Source: a virus (Duplodnaviria; Heunggongvirae; Uroviricota; Caudoviricetes). Taken from it: 64,000 bases of DNA. The first letter of the stretch is position 1, and every line of letters begins with the position of its first letter. The notes under the pieces were generated by a model. That model was not told the DNA's origin. It was given only the letters and a program-made list of their open reading frames with translations, and made no database searches. The stretch lies in IMG/VR virus record IMGVR_UViG_3300049044_000094; one strand, written 5' to 3'. Positions 19,760-29,193 of the stretch are shown in pieces. Both the position numbers and the translations under genes were made by a program.

Positions 19760-20605
19760 GTGGCTGACGTCCAGAAGAACGCTTTTCTCCTTTCCAGCGC
19801 CACCCTGATGGTCGCTCCGGCTTTTACGACCGATGTGTTCACCCTCAAGCCGGACCTTCACTCGGTCGGCATGGCCCGAGAGATTGCCATCAGCGTCGAC
19901 AGTTCGCTTATCGAACTGCGAAACGGCATCGCGCAGGCGCTCGTCGACGCGAAGAAGACGAACGTGTCGGCGCAGATTACCGGCACCGTCTACGAGATCA
20001 CTGCCCAGAACCTGCTTCGCGCGGCCGCGCTCGATAGCTCGCAGGCGGTGCAGGTGAAGCGTGGCGTGCTGACCGCGGCGGCCAACGCCGCGGCTGTGTC
20101 GCTCTCGATCAACAGCGACCCCGTCCCCGGTGACACCAACAGCGCCATCACGGCGACGGGCGACATCCCGTCCGGTTCGACGATCCTGATCCAACGGCCC
20201 GGCAGCGAGACGGATTATGTGTTTCCCACCCTCACCTCGGGTGCGGCCACCGGCACCGGTCCCTACACCGTTCCTATCGCTGGAGCGTACGCGATCCCGG
20301 CGGGAATGTCGTTCCCGATCGGCTCGCGCGTCTGGGTGGTCACCCCGGTGGCCGTGGCGTCCATGGACGCCGATCAGCTCTTCGGTGTCAAGATCGTCGG
20401 CACGCTGTCGAACTACGACCGACCCGTCACGGCGGTGTTTCCGAAGGTGCGTATGTCGAAGGGCTTCAACCTGTCGTTCCAGGAGAGCGAATACGGCAGC
20501 ATGCCGTGGGAGATGAGCCCGCTGCTGCTCTCGGCCGCGGAGGCGACCAACCGGCTCGCCGAGATCGGTACCCGCGCACCCGGCAAGGTGTATGTCGGCG
20601 GCTAG
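19760..20605 (+). CDS. structural protein, candidate displaced major tail protein
   Basis: GTG 19760 with AGGAG RBS 7 nt upstream; 281 aa, Ala/Thr/Val-rich beta pattern; followed by the strongest terminator in the window. Confidence 0.35.
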   Translation: MADVQKNAFLLSSATLMVAPAFTTDVFTLKPDLHSVGMAREIAISVDSSLIELRNGIAQALVDAKKTNVSAQITGTVYEITAQNLLRAAALDSSQAVQVKRGVLTAAANAAAVSLSINSDPVPGDTNSAITATGDIPSGSTILIQRPGSETDYVFPTLTSGAATGTGPYTVPIAGAYAIPAGMSFPIGSRVWVVTPVAVASMDADQLFGVKIVGTLSNYDRPVTAVFPKVRMSKGFNLSFQESEYGSMPWEMSPLLLSAAEATNRLAEIGTRAPGKVYVGG

Positions 20606-20652
20606 TATACCCTGAAGATCAGCCTCTGCACTCAAGCGGCTTCAGGTTTCAC

Positions 20653-20694
20653 GGAACCCCCGGACAGCGCAAGCTCTCCGGGGGTTCCGCTTTT
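20653..20694 (+). terminator. rho-independent terminator
   Basis: GGAACCCCCGGA-12 nt-TCCGGGGGTTCC then GCTTTT. Confidence 0.7.
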
Positions 20695-20748
20695 GTAACT
20701 CCCAACACATCATCGACCACATCTCCGCCCACGGCGTAGTTCACCCCC

Positions 20749-21246
20749 GTGACTGCAATCCCCGCCTCCCATATCAGCGACGCTCACAAGCTCAACGCTG
20801 ACGGTAGGGTCGAGCTGTTCGAGCTGACGCCTATCGGTGCATATGGGACCGTTTACTTCAAGTCTGACAACTCGGTGACGTGGCAGGGCCACGAATATCT
20901 GGGTGTTCCTCTCACCTATTCTGGAGAGGATCGCACCGCACAGGGCGCCGCCCAGCAACCGCGGTTGATCATCGGACAGGAGAACGTCAATCTCTCGATG
21001 TTCAAACCGATCGTGAATGACGGCGCACTTGATGGCTCCATCATCCATAAGCTTGAGATCCTCCTCGACGACCTGATCAACAACCGGCCAATTTACCTGC
21101 GAAGGCCGTTTCGTGTTCGTCGTGTCGAGGGTTACACCCGCAGTCAGATCTCGCTTCAGCTCGCTTCCTTCTCGGATTCCTTAAGCTTCACCATGCCCTT
21201 CCGGCAGTATTTCCCACCCGCATTCCCCGCGGTGAATATCGGATGA
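20749..21246 (+). CDS. minor tail protein L
   Basis: VELFELTPIGAYGTVYFKSDNSVTWQGHEY aligns with lambda gpL VVLWEIDLTEVGGERYFF..VTWQGRQY. Confidence 0.6.
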   Translation: MTAIPASHISDAHKLNADGRVELFELTPIGAYGTVYFKSDNSVTWQGHEYLGVPLTYSGEDRTAQGAAQQPRLIIGQENVNLSMFKPIVNDGALDGSIIHKLEILLDDLINNRPIYLRRPFRVRRVEGYTRSQISLQLASFSDSLSFTMPFRQYFPPAFPAVNIG

Positions 21247-21728
21247 TCCGCTATGATCACCTCGTCGGCATTCATTTCGAACCGGGTGTGCACGATTGCT
21301 TCTCGCTTGGTCGGCAATTCTTCGTCGATAACTTCGGCCTGGTGATCACCGACTACGCCCGCCCCACCGACTGGAGAGCCGACAACCTCGATTTGATCGG
21401 CGCCGCCTACGAGCGTGAGGGCTTCGAGAAGATCACTGATTGGCGCGAAAAGGACCTTCGCCCCGGCGATGTGTTCTGCATGGCGATCGGGGAATCCAAG
21501 CCCAACCACTTCGCCATTTATGTTGGCGACAACATGATCCTCCATCAATTGCTTGGGCGGATGTCGGCGGCAGAACCGTACCGCGATTTCTGGCGCAACT
21601 GCACATCCTATCTGCTGCGCCATCCGTCGGTCCCCGACCTGAGGCCGACTCCGCCGGAACACGAAATAGGGAGCTTGCTGCGTGCTCGATACAATCTCCA
21701 AGCTGCTGAGCCTGTTCAAGGAGACTGA
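21243..21728 (+). CDS. NlpC/P60 (C40) peptidase, gpK-like half
   Basis: Cys-His motif DVFCMAIGE..NHFAIYVG typical of NlpC/P60. Confidence 0.6.
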   Translation: MIRYDHLVGIHFEPGVHDCFSLGRQFFVDNFGLVITDYARPTDWRADNLDLIGAAYEREGFEKITDWREKDLRPGDVFCMAIGESKPNHFAIYVGDNMILHQLLGRMSAAEPYRDFWRNCTSYLLRHPSVPDLRPTPPEHEIGSLLRARYNLQAAEPVQGD

Positions 21729-22047
21729 CGAGGAGGAACGCTGTGGCGTTGTTCTCAAAAGCGGCCGAGTGGTCGAGCTGCGGAATGTCGCGCCCGATCC
21801 GAAAATCGGCTTTCGTCTTGATCCGGCCGAATTGCTCCATTGGCTGACTCGCAAGCGCAGCCCGGCCGTGGCCACTTGGCACACCCATCCTGGCCAGACC
21901 CCGAACCTCAGTGAGGAAGACTACGCGGGTTTCCTCCAGTGGCCTGACCTCAAGCACTACATCGTCGGCGTTAAAGCCGGCCGGCCGACCGTAGCCACCT
22001 ACGAAGTCGATAATGGCATCATCGTCGCGGTGGGAGGCACGGTGTGA
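21682..22047 (+). CDS. JAB/MPN metalloprotease domain, gpK-like half
   Basis: JAMM motif HTHPGQTPNLSEED (HxHx7Sx2D). Confidence 0.65.
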   Translation: MLDTISKLLSLFKETDEEERCGVVLKSGRVVELRNVAPDPKIGFRLDPAELLHWLTRKRSPAVATWHTHPGQTPNLSEEDYAGFLQWPDLKHYIVGVKAGRPTVATYEVDNGIIVAVGGTV

Positions 22048-22604
22048 AGATCTATCTCCATGGCGTGTTGAAGGAGAGGTACGGCCCGGTCTTCGAGATC
22101 AAGACTGACCGTGTTCACGATGCCATTGAAGGCCTTTCGCGGCAGCTCCCCGATTGGCCACGCGATCTTTTGATTGAGGCCGTGGGCTTCGAAACTGAGG
22201 AGAAGCTTCGTTCGCCGTCGGACGCTTGCGAGGTCCACCTGCTGCCCGCCATGTTCGGCGGCAAGGGCATCGCCAAGTTCATTGGCATCATCATCGGCGC
22301 CGCTATGGTCGTGGCGGGAATTCTGCTCCTTCCGACCAACCCTGCTCTCGGATGGTCGCTCATTGCCTCAGGCGCCACGATGATCCTTGCCGGCGTTGTC
22401 CAGCTCTTCATGAAGGCACCGACTGTCTCGAAGGCCAACGACCCACCAGCCTCCAAATTCCTTGGCGTCAACAAGAACACAACAGACATCGGCACGCCGA
22501 TCATCCTTGCCTGGGGCAGAGTGCCGATCGCGGGCCACTGGCTCAGCATTCAGGCCGACAGCAACAAGCTTGTGCTCGGCGTATTTCCGGAGACTCCGAC
22601 TTGA
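22044..22604 (+). CDS. tail assembly protein I
   Basis: N-terminal ubiquitin-like MKIYLHGVLKERYGPVFEIK..EVHLLPAMFGG then hydrophobic C-terminus, as in lambda gpI. Confidence 0.6.
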   Translation: MKIYLHGVLKERYGPVFEIKTDRVHDAIEGLSRQLPDWPRDLLIEAVGFETEEKLRSPSDACEVHLLPAMFGGKGIAKFIGIIIGAAMVVAGILLLPTNPALGWSLIASGATMILAGVVQLFMKAPTVSKANDPPASKFLGVNKNTTDIGTPIILAWGRVPIAGHWLSIQADSNKLVLGVFPETPT

Positions 22605-23833
22605 TCGATCCTCGCATACTGGATTTCGCCAACGAAGTCGAAGCTCAGCACATCAATGCCTTTCTGCGCCATGGTACTTTTACCGCGGCGGGCGACGCGA
22701 TCGAGGTGCATCGCAGCACGATCCAACGCTCGATCGAACGGGTGAAAATGCGGGCCGCCGCCCACGGCTACAGCCCCGACCACGGCCTCGAGAGTGTCGT
22801 CCCGGCACCTTTCATTGCCAAAGGACATTCGACGCTGGAGCGCGTCTCTCCGGACGGTAGTCGTGAGCAGGTCCTGCAATGGACAAAGACGAAGATCGAC
22901 GACACCTTGTGGATGGAGCACGTCAAGGAAGGCATCAATGCTTTCCTGCAGGGCGCGCCCAAGGTCTTGGCGCCACACGCTCCGCTCGACTTCGATACAG
23001 ACATCATCCCTTGGATTCAGATCGGCGACGCCCACATCGGCATGCTGGCGCATGCCGCGGAAGTCGGCGAGAACTTTGACCTGAAGATCGCCGAGACCGA
23101 GCTGTGTGGCGCCTTCAGCATCCTCATCGATGAGTTGCCGAACTGCGAGCGGCTGGTCATCAATGACCTCGGCGATTTCACCCACTACGAGAATTTCTCA
23201 GCCAAAACCGAGGCGAGCGGCCACGACCTCGATTTCGACAGCCGCTTCCCCAAGATGATCAAGGTCTACTCGCGTATCATGCGATGGCTGGTCGACAAGG
23301 CTCTGACCAAGGCTCGACATGTCGACGTCATTGTGAACCAGGGCAACCACAGTCGCACCAACGACATCTGGATGGCTGAGTTGCTGCGCGTTTGCTATGG
23401 GCACACCGGTCGAGTTCACGTTCTCAACAACGACAGCGTTTTCATCGGCTACCGGATGGGGAACACGTTCGTGATGACTCATCACAGCGACAAGTGCCGG
23501 CCCAACCGCCTCGCGCACGTCATGACCACCGACTTCCGGCAGGATTATGGAGAGACCGAATTCCATTACATCGACATCGGCCACGTCCACCACAGCATGG
23601 TGGTGAAGGAGCACCCCGGTGTCGTCGTCGAGAGCTTCAATAACCTCGCGGCGATGGACAAATATGCCTTCGACAACGGTTATCGCAGCAAGCGGTCGAT
23701 GACCACGATCCTACGCAGTCGCCGCTATGGGGAGATAGGCCGGCGGACGCTGCCGATCCAGGAGGTCCGTGAGCGGCTGAACAGAGCGATCGGGTTCGAG
23801 ATCCCGAAGGTGCAACGCGCCTACGCGGTGTAA
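22601..23833 (+). CDS. HTH domain + calcineurin-like metallophosphoesterase, inserted between tail genes I and J
   Basis: TTG 22601 with GGAGAC RBS, overlaps gpI stop (TTGA); HTH AAGDAIEVHRSTIQRSIERV; phosphoesterase motifs GDAHIG, GDFTH, GNHS, GHVHH. Confidence 0.5.
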   Translation: MIDPRILDFANEVEAQHINAFLRHGTFTAAGDAIEVHRSTIQRSIERVKMRAAAHGYSPDHGLESVVPAPFIAKGHSTLERVSPDGSREQVLQWTKTKIDDTLWMEHVKEGINAFLQGAPKVLAPHAPLDFDTDIIPWIQIGDAHIGMLAHAAEVGENFDLKIAETELCGAFSILIDELPNCERLVINDLGDFTHYENFSAKTEASGHDLDFDSRFPKMIKVYSRIMRWLVDKALTKARHVDVIVNQGNHSRTNDIWMAELLRVCYGHTGRVHVLNNDSVFIGYRMGNTFVMTHHSDKCRPNRLAHVMTTDFRQDYGETEFHYIDIGHVHHSMVVKEHPGVVVESFNNLAAMDKYAFDNGYRSKRSMTTILRSRRYGEIGRRTLPIQEVRERLNRAIGFEIPKVQRAYAV

Positions 23834-23882
23834 CTCCCAGCCCCACCAATGAGATTGCCGCCGGTTGCGATAACCGGCGGCA

Positions 23883-26800
23883 ATGGGTTTCAAGCAGCGT
23901 CCTGACACGCTCCGATCAGACGATTCTTTCGAGGGTCTGCTCGGCCTATGCGCCGGCCCGATCAAAGGGCCAAGACGCGGCCTAAAGTCGATCTACATGA
24001 ATGGTACCCCTCTCGAGGACGAGAGTGGCCAGCAGAACTTCCTCGATTTTCAGGCGATCTTTGCTGACGGAGATCCGCTGAAATTTCCGCAGAAGGCGGT
24101 GATGAAGCTGGGGCAGGGTGGCAGCCCAATCCCGGTGAACCTTACGCTGACGAACACTGCGACGTCAGAAGGAACCCCAGGTCCGTGGATCACCAAGACG
24201 GTGCCCAACGTCGGCGCTGACGCTCTCGATATTCGGCTGGTCGTTCAGCAACTCTATGAGCAGACCAAGAAGGGCATTTTCCAGGCGACGCTCAACGTCG
24301 AGGTTCAGCTCAAGCCGACTGGTACCACGAACTGGATCAATCCGCTGATCGACAACCCCGCTGTCACTTATGATGACATGATCAACTACAGGAAGGGGCG
24401 GTCCTCCGCGATTGGCACTGTCCTTAAAATGATGGTTGCTCGTAAAAATTTCAAAGATAATGGCGAATGGATTGCGGAGCCGAATAGCGGTTACGTCCGC
24501 ATCATCGGCAAGACCATGTCCAGCCCTTATGTGCATGAGCTGCGCATCGAGGTGCCAAATGACGATGCCTACGCTGGTGTTGGTTGGGATGTTCGCTGCC
24601 GTCTGATCGAGCCGGAATCCATCGACGCGGATCCCAATTTCCTTAAGCGCACCATTAGCTGGGAATCGGTCAGCGCTGTGTATCAGGAGCCACTGGGTGG
24701 CGATGAGGCGTGGCGCGGCCTCTCATGGTTGCATCTGTTCGGCAAGGCTTCCGATCAGTTGACGGGTGTGCCCGAGGTCTGGGCCGAGTATGACAGCAAG
24801 ATCGTGTCGGTGCCTCCCCTCGAGGTTTTCGATCCTGAGACTCGTACCTACACGACCGCAACCTGGGACGGGTCCTGGGCTAAAGGGTTCACCACCGACC
24901 CGGCCTGGATCATCAACGATGCCATCTCCGATAGTCTCTCTGGGCTGTCGAACATCGCCCCGGGATCCTATCTGAACAAATGGGACGCGCTGGAAGCATC
25001 AAAATGGTTCAGCGAACCCGTCTCAGACGGCGATGGCGGGCTCGAGCCGCGCTTCTCCCTGAATCTCGTCGTCGACCAGATGCAGAAGGCGTCGGAGTTC
25101 GTCCAGTATATGGCCGGCGCCGTATGCGGCCTCGCATGGGAGAACGGCGATGGCGAGTGGCGGCTTAAGGTCGAGAAGCCCGAGACGCCCATCGACATCT
25201 TCACGCTGGAGAACATAGAGGGCGAATTTTCCTACGCCCATACCGATGTCGATAGTCGCTTCAACGACTACCTGATCACGTTCAAGAACAAGGAGTTCGA
25301 GTACCGCGAGGACCGGGTCCGCGTCTTCGACCAAGCCCATATCGATACCTACGGTCGGAAGCCCACCTCCATCGTAGCGATCGGCTGCACCGGTCGGCAG
25401 GAAGCGCTCCGCCGCGGCATGATGCGGTTGCGCTCGTCGATCAATGAGACGCGCATGGTCACCTTCACGACTAATCGGCGCGGCCGTTATCTCGAGCCTC
25501 TGAATACGATCCTCGTCGCCGACGGCGATCTGGGTTACACCCTCCCCGACGGGATCGGTGCGTCCAACCCGGCTGACGACACCGTCGAGAACAATCGAAC
25601 CACCGGCCGCGTAATCTCGATGAACGGGGCTCGTACCCAACTCACGCTCCGTGACACCGTGCGGCTCGAGATCGGTGTCACGTACAAGCTCCACCTGACC
25701 GTTCCAAACCCCAACTACAATGGCGAGCCGACCAGCCAACCGATTGATCCGAGCTGGAAGCTGCCGACGATCACGATCACCCGCAACATCACTAATACCA
25801 GCGGGCAGCGTGGCGACGTTTCGACGCTGTATCTCGACAGCGCATTGCCGTCGAACACCCCTGAGCTGGTCGCAGTAGCAATTGAAGCCGCCGGCTTGCC
25901 TACGATCCCCAAGATGTACCGGGTGACCGATGTTAAGCCTGCCGAAGACGGCGAGCGCGTAGCTGTCACCGCGATGGAGGTCGACACCGGCAAATACGCC
26001 GCCGCGGACAACGTCGACGCCTCTGCGATTGCGATGCAGGTGCCGACGGCAATCGTGCCTGCGCCGCTTGAGCCCACCGATGGTCCCTTCCTCTCGGTCA
26101 AGAAACTGAGCAGCGACAACGTCGATCACACCCATCTCCAGGTCAACTGGGGCCGCCCTGGATCCGCCTTCCTCGCGGGATTCCGTGTCCGCTACAAAGT
26201 GAATGACGGGCCTTGGATCACAGGCGTCGAGCGCACCCAAGACACCAGCTTCGAGTTGGTCGACCCGGCCGCCGGCACCTACAAGTTCGAGATCGTCACG
26301 ATCGATCGACGGAATGCCTTCTCGACGGCTTTGATCGGATCGATAGAAATCGACGGGCTGGTTGTCGACACTGCATCGCTAGGGCAGTTTTCCTTGGCGC
26401 TCGGTGCCGGCATGAAGCTGCGCGGCCGTACGTTGGAGAAGGCAACTGGTACAGACATCTGGGACACTGGAGCATACTCGCTCGAGTCCTATGTGAATGG
26501 TGCCTCAGCTTCACTTCAACCGCTGCAGACCAACAAGGCGCTGGCATTCGGGTTGAACACTGACCCCACGATCGCAACCGGCATCAATAGCATCGACTAC
26601 GGCTTCATTTGCGACGTGGATGGCAATCTCTACGTCACCGAGGTGCCGACAGGGACGGTCTTTCCCCGAACCTCGATCATCACTGAGGCTGGAGAGGAGA
26701 TCATCGCCGAGGACAGCACACCGTTGGTGACGGAGCAGAGCGCTTCGGCGCCTTTGCTCATCGGCCCCTATGAAGCCGGTGACGTTCTCAAAATCACCTA

Positions 26801-28040
26801 CAATGCCGAGATCGTCGAATATAGCCAGAACGACGTTGTAGTCCGCACCGTTGCTGCGCCTCGAGGCCTGCGTTTCAAATTCGACAGCGCCTTCCATAGC
26901 CTCGGTGCGAAGGCTGACAATGTCGTCTTCGCCGCGGTAGGCGCCGTCGCACCGCTTCTGATCACCGAATGGTCCGTCAACGGTACCACCGGCTGGCACA
27001 CATCTTATTCTGTCGGCGACCTATATATGCGACAGTCGGCCGATGCCGGCATAACATTCTCGACTCCGGTGAGGGTCGTCGGCGAAGACGGCAGCGCCGG
27101 CGAATACACCAACTTCATTTTCAAGCGGTCGGTAACGCAACCCTCAACACCGGCAATGGGGAGCGGCGTGCTACCCGCAGGGTGGAGCGATTCTCCTCCC
27201 ACAGGGGCGGACCCACTATGGATGACCACGGCGCAGTTCCTGTTAACCGATCAACTGACAGCCTGGGCCACCCCCACGCGGCTCGACGGAGAGGACGCAG
27301 CGCGCCTTGATGTGCCTGTACGTGCTCATCATTTCGATGCGACGTACACAGGGGTCATCAAGGACGGCCAGCTTCCGCTTGACTTCCTGGCATACGCTAA
27401 GATCGGCGAGATCGATGTTTCCGATGACGCGACTTGGTCTGTCGAGACCAGCAATTGCACTGTTTCTGTCGTAGATGGCGAAGGCCAAATCTCGGAAGTG
27501 ACCGGCCCAGGATACTTTGATATTACCGCAGAGTTTGCGGGCATCAGCGTCACCGCACGTGTTGACGTATCGGTGGCTCTCGATGCACCTCCCGTTCCAC
27601 CCAGTTCGGGGGTGACGATCGCAACATCAAACGCGGTGCCCCCTACGGTAAACAGCGGCACCTATCCGGCGACGCCGAGCGCGATTGTAACAGTCTCCAG
27701 CGATAGCTCCGGACGTTTGCAGGGAGTGCTTACCTCGAAGTATTATCCGATCATCAGCTCCGGCGTCGCTGTCGGGATCAGGCTCGCCGCGAAGTTCGTC
27801 TATCGCCTAGCTGGTTCCGGTGGGGCATGGAGTGATTTCGGGTCGGAGGTCGAGGGTAGCAATGGCAGCGCCTACCGCTACGGCATCAGCAAGGGCGTGC
27901 TGAACATCGATCAGACCAAGACGGGCCTCACCGCGAGCACCGATTATGAGGTGGGCGTGATGTTCCGCAGAACCTATGAGAGTCCAGCTTCTGGGTGGAC
28001 AGCATCGCTCTCAGGAACAGAAACGGTGAAGCAACCATGA
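23883..28040 (+). CDS. host specificity / central tail fiber protein J
   Basis: N-terminus GPIKGPRRGLKSIYMNGTPLEDESGQ aligns with lambda gpJ GPIEGPVDGLKSVLLNSTPVLDTEG; 1385 aa. Confidence 0.75.
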   Translation: MGFKQRPDTLRSDDSFEGLLGLCAGPIKGPRRGLKSIYMNGTPLEDESGQQNFLDFQAIFADGDPLKFPQKAVMKLGQGGSPIPVNLTLTNTATSEGTPGPWITKTVPNVGADALDIRLVVQQLYEQTKKGIFQATLNVEVQLKPTGTTNWINPLIDNPAVTYDDMINYRKGRSSAIGTVLKMMVARKNFKDNGEWIAEPNSGYVRIIGKTMSSPYVHELRIEVPNDDAYAGVGWDVRCRLIEPESIDADPNFLKRTISWESVSAVYQEPLGGDEAWRGLSWLHLFGKASDQLTGVPEVWAEYDSKIVSVPPLEVFDPETRTYTTATWDGSWAKGFTTDPAWIINDAISDSLSGLSNIAPGSYLNKWDALEASKWFSEPVSDGDGGLEPRFSLNLVVDQMQKASEFVQYMAGAVCGLAWENGDGEWRLKVEKPETPIDIFTLENIEGEFSYAHTDVDSRFNDYLITFKNKEFEYREDRVRVFDQAHIDTYGRKPTSIVAIGCTGRQEALRRGMMRLRSSINETRMVTFTTNRRGRYLEPLNTILVADGDLGYTLPDGIGASNPADDTVENNRTTGRVISMNGARTQLTLRDTVRLEIGVTYKLHLTVPNPNYNGEPTSQPIDPSWKLPTITITRNITNTSGQRGDVSTLYLDSALPSNTPELVAVAIEAAGLPTIPKMYRVTDVKPAEDGERVAVTAMEVDTGKYAAADNVDASAIAMQVPTAIVPAPLEPTDGPFLSVKKLSSDNVDHTHLQVNWGRPGSAFLAGFRVRYKVNDGPWITGVERTQDTSFELVDPAAGTYKFEIVTIDRRNAFSTALIGSIEIDGLVVDTASLGQFSLALGAGMKLRGRTLEKATGTDIWDTGAYSLESYVNGASASLQPLQTNKALAFGLNTDPTIATGINSIDYGFICDVDGNLYVTEVPTGTVFPRTSIITEAGEEIIAEDSTPLVTEQSASAPLLIGPYEAGDVLKITYNAEIVEYSQNDVVVRTVAAPRGLRFKFDSAFHSLGAKADNVVFAAVGAVAPLLITEWSVNGTTGWHTSYSVGDLYMRQSADAGITFSTPVRVVGEDGSAGEYTNFIFKRSVTQPSTPAMGSGVLPAGWSDSPPTGADPLWMTTAQFLLTDQLTAWATPTRLDGEDAARLDVPVRAHHFDATYTGVIKDGQLPLDFLAYAKIGEIDVSDDATWSVETSNCTVSVVDGEGQISEVTGPGYFDITAEFAGISVTARVDVSVALDAPPVPPSSGVTIATSNAVPPTVNSGTYPATPSAIVTVSSDSSGRLQGVLTSKYYPIISSGVAVGIRLAAKFVYRLAGSGGAWSDFGSEVEGSNGSAYRYGISKGVLNIDQTKTGLTASTDYEVGVMFRRTYESPASGWTASLSGTETVKQP

Positions 28041-28570
28041 GTGAGCAGCACTGGACGATCGTGAACAAAGCGACCGGTCAGGTTCTGGCTCAGGTCATAA
28101 CCCCAGGTGGGCATCCCCGCTTTTACGGTTGGGATTGGGATCCCGGCACTCAGGTCGCCCGAATGACCGCGCGGCAAGGCGATCCAGCTTCGGAGATCTT
28201 CGATGGGGATGAGTGGCAACCGAATCTTGCCGCCTATCGAGCCCGGCGCTGGACTTCGCTGAAAGCGGATCGGGACGCGGCCGTAGACGGCGGATGTGAA
28301 ACACCTCTAGGGCGTGTGGATAGTGATCCGGAAAGCCGAGTGAAGATCAGCGGCGCAGTTCAGCTCGCGATGCTGTCGCCGGAATTCTCGATCGCTTGGA
28401 CGATGGAGGATAACTCAAGCGTCAACCATGACGCGGCCGCTATGATTGCCTTGGGTATTGCAGTTGGTCAGCACGTCGCACAATGCCATGCCACTGCTCA
28501 ATCTCTGCGAAGCCAGCTCGAGGCAGCTAATAGCATCGCTGAGATTGAGGCAGTGAGATGGCCGATTTAG
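28037..28570 (+). CDS. DUF4376-like tail fiber assembly protein
   Basis: ATG overlaps gpJ stop (ATGA); position and C-terminal helical pattern. Confidence 0.4.
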   Translation: MSEQHWTIVNKATGQVLAQVITPGGHPRFYGWDWDPGTQVARMTARQGDPASEIFDGDEWQPNLAAYRARRWTSLKADRDAAVDGGCETPLGRVDSDPESRVKISGAVQLAMLSPEFSIAWTMEDNSSVNHDAAAMIALGIAVGQHVAQCHATAQSLRSQLEAANSIAEIEAVRWPI

Positions 28571-29193
28571 AAGGTGCCGTTGTCGTTGAACGCCTCAATC
28601 ATCGCACCGGCTCGGCCGACCGCGGGGCGGTTGTCGATAGCGTTGCCGGTCTCGATCGCGTCCAGCATGATTGCGATCGACGCTAGGGCGTGCCCCAGAT
28701 GATGGACCCCGCTGTCGCCGGCCTTTTCCTCGCCGTCGAGGAACGAAGCGAGATGGCGTTGCGCCGCGGCGACGTAGGTCATCAACTCGACCTTCTTTTC
28801 GCGCCAATTGTAGGGCCCATATTTCGCCGCGCCGTTCATAAAGGCGTGAGCCATATGAAGCATGGCAGCCGAGGGGACGAGCGCTAGGTTCGGCTTTTTC
28901 GCGCCCATGGCGTTCTTGGGGTTGGCGTCGTCGTTGGCCGCAGTTGGGGCTACGATGGGAATGTCCGAGATCCGCTTCGTCGCCATTTCAACCACCTTAT
29001 CTACGACATCATTAACTGACACTGGATCTGAGAATTTGTTGACGTACGGCACCAACTCGGGTCCGAAGACCAACGGCTCGCGCCGCTCTGGAAATCGAAT
29101 GGTAGTGCCGTGGCCCGATACGATCTTGCCTGGCTCGAGCTTGATCGGCTGCTCCACGACAACGTGGCCTTTGGGGTCGAGGTAACTGCTCAT
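28567..29193 (-). CDS. dATP/dGTP diphosphohydrolase N-domain-like (DUF5664) protein
   Basis: NLALVPSAAMLHMAHAFMNGAAKYGPYNWRE pattern; GGAGG RBS; coupled to thyA. Confidence 0.4.
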   Translation of the reverse strand: MSSYLDPKGHVVVEQPIKLEPGKIVSGHGTTIRFPERREPLVFGPELVPYVNKFSDPVSVNDVVDKVVEMATKRISDIPIVAPTAANDDANPKNAMGAKKPNLALVPSAAMLHMAHAFMNGAAKYGPYNWREKKVELMTYVAAAQRHLASFLDGEEKAGDSGVHHLGHALASIAIMLDAIETGNAIDNRPAVGRAGAMIEAFNDNGTF

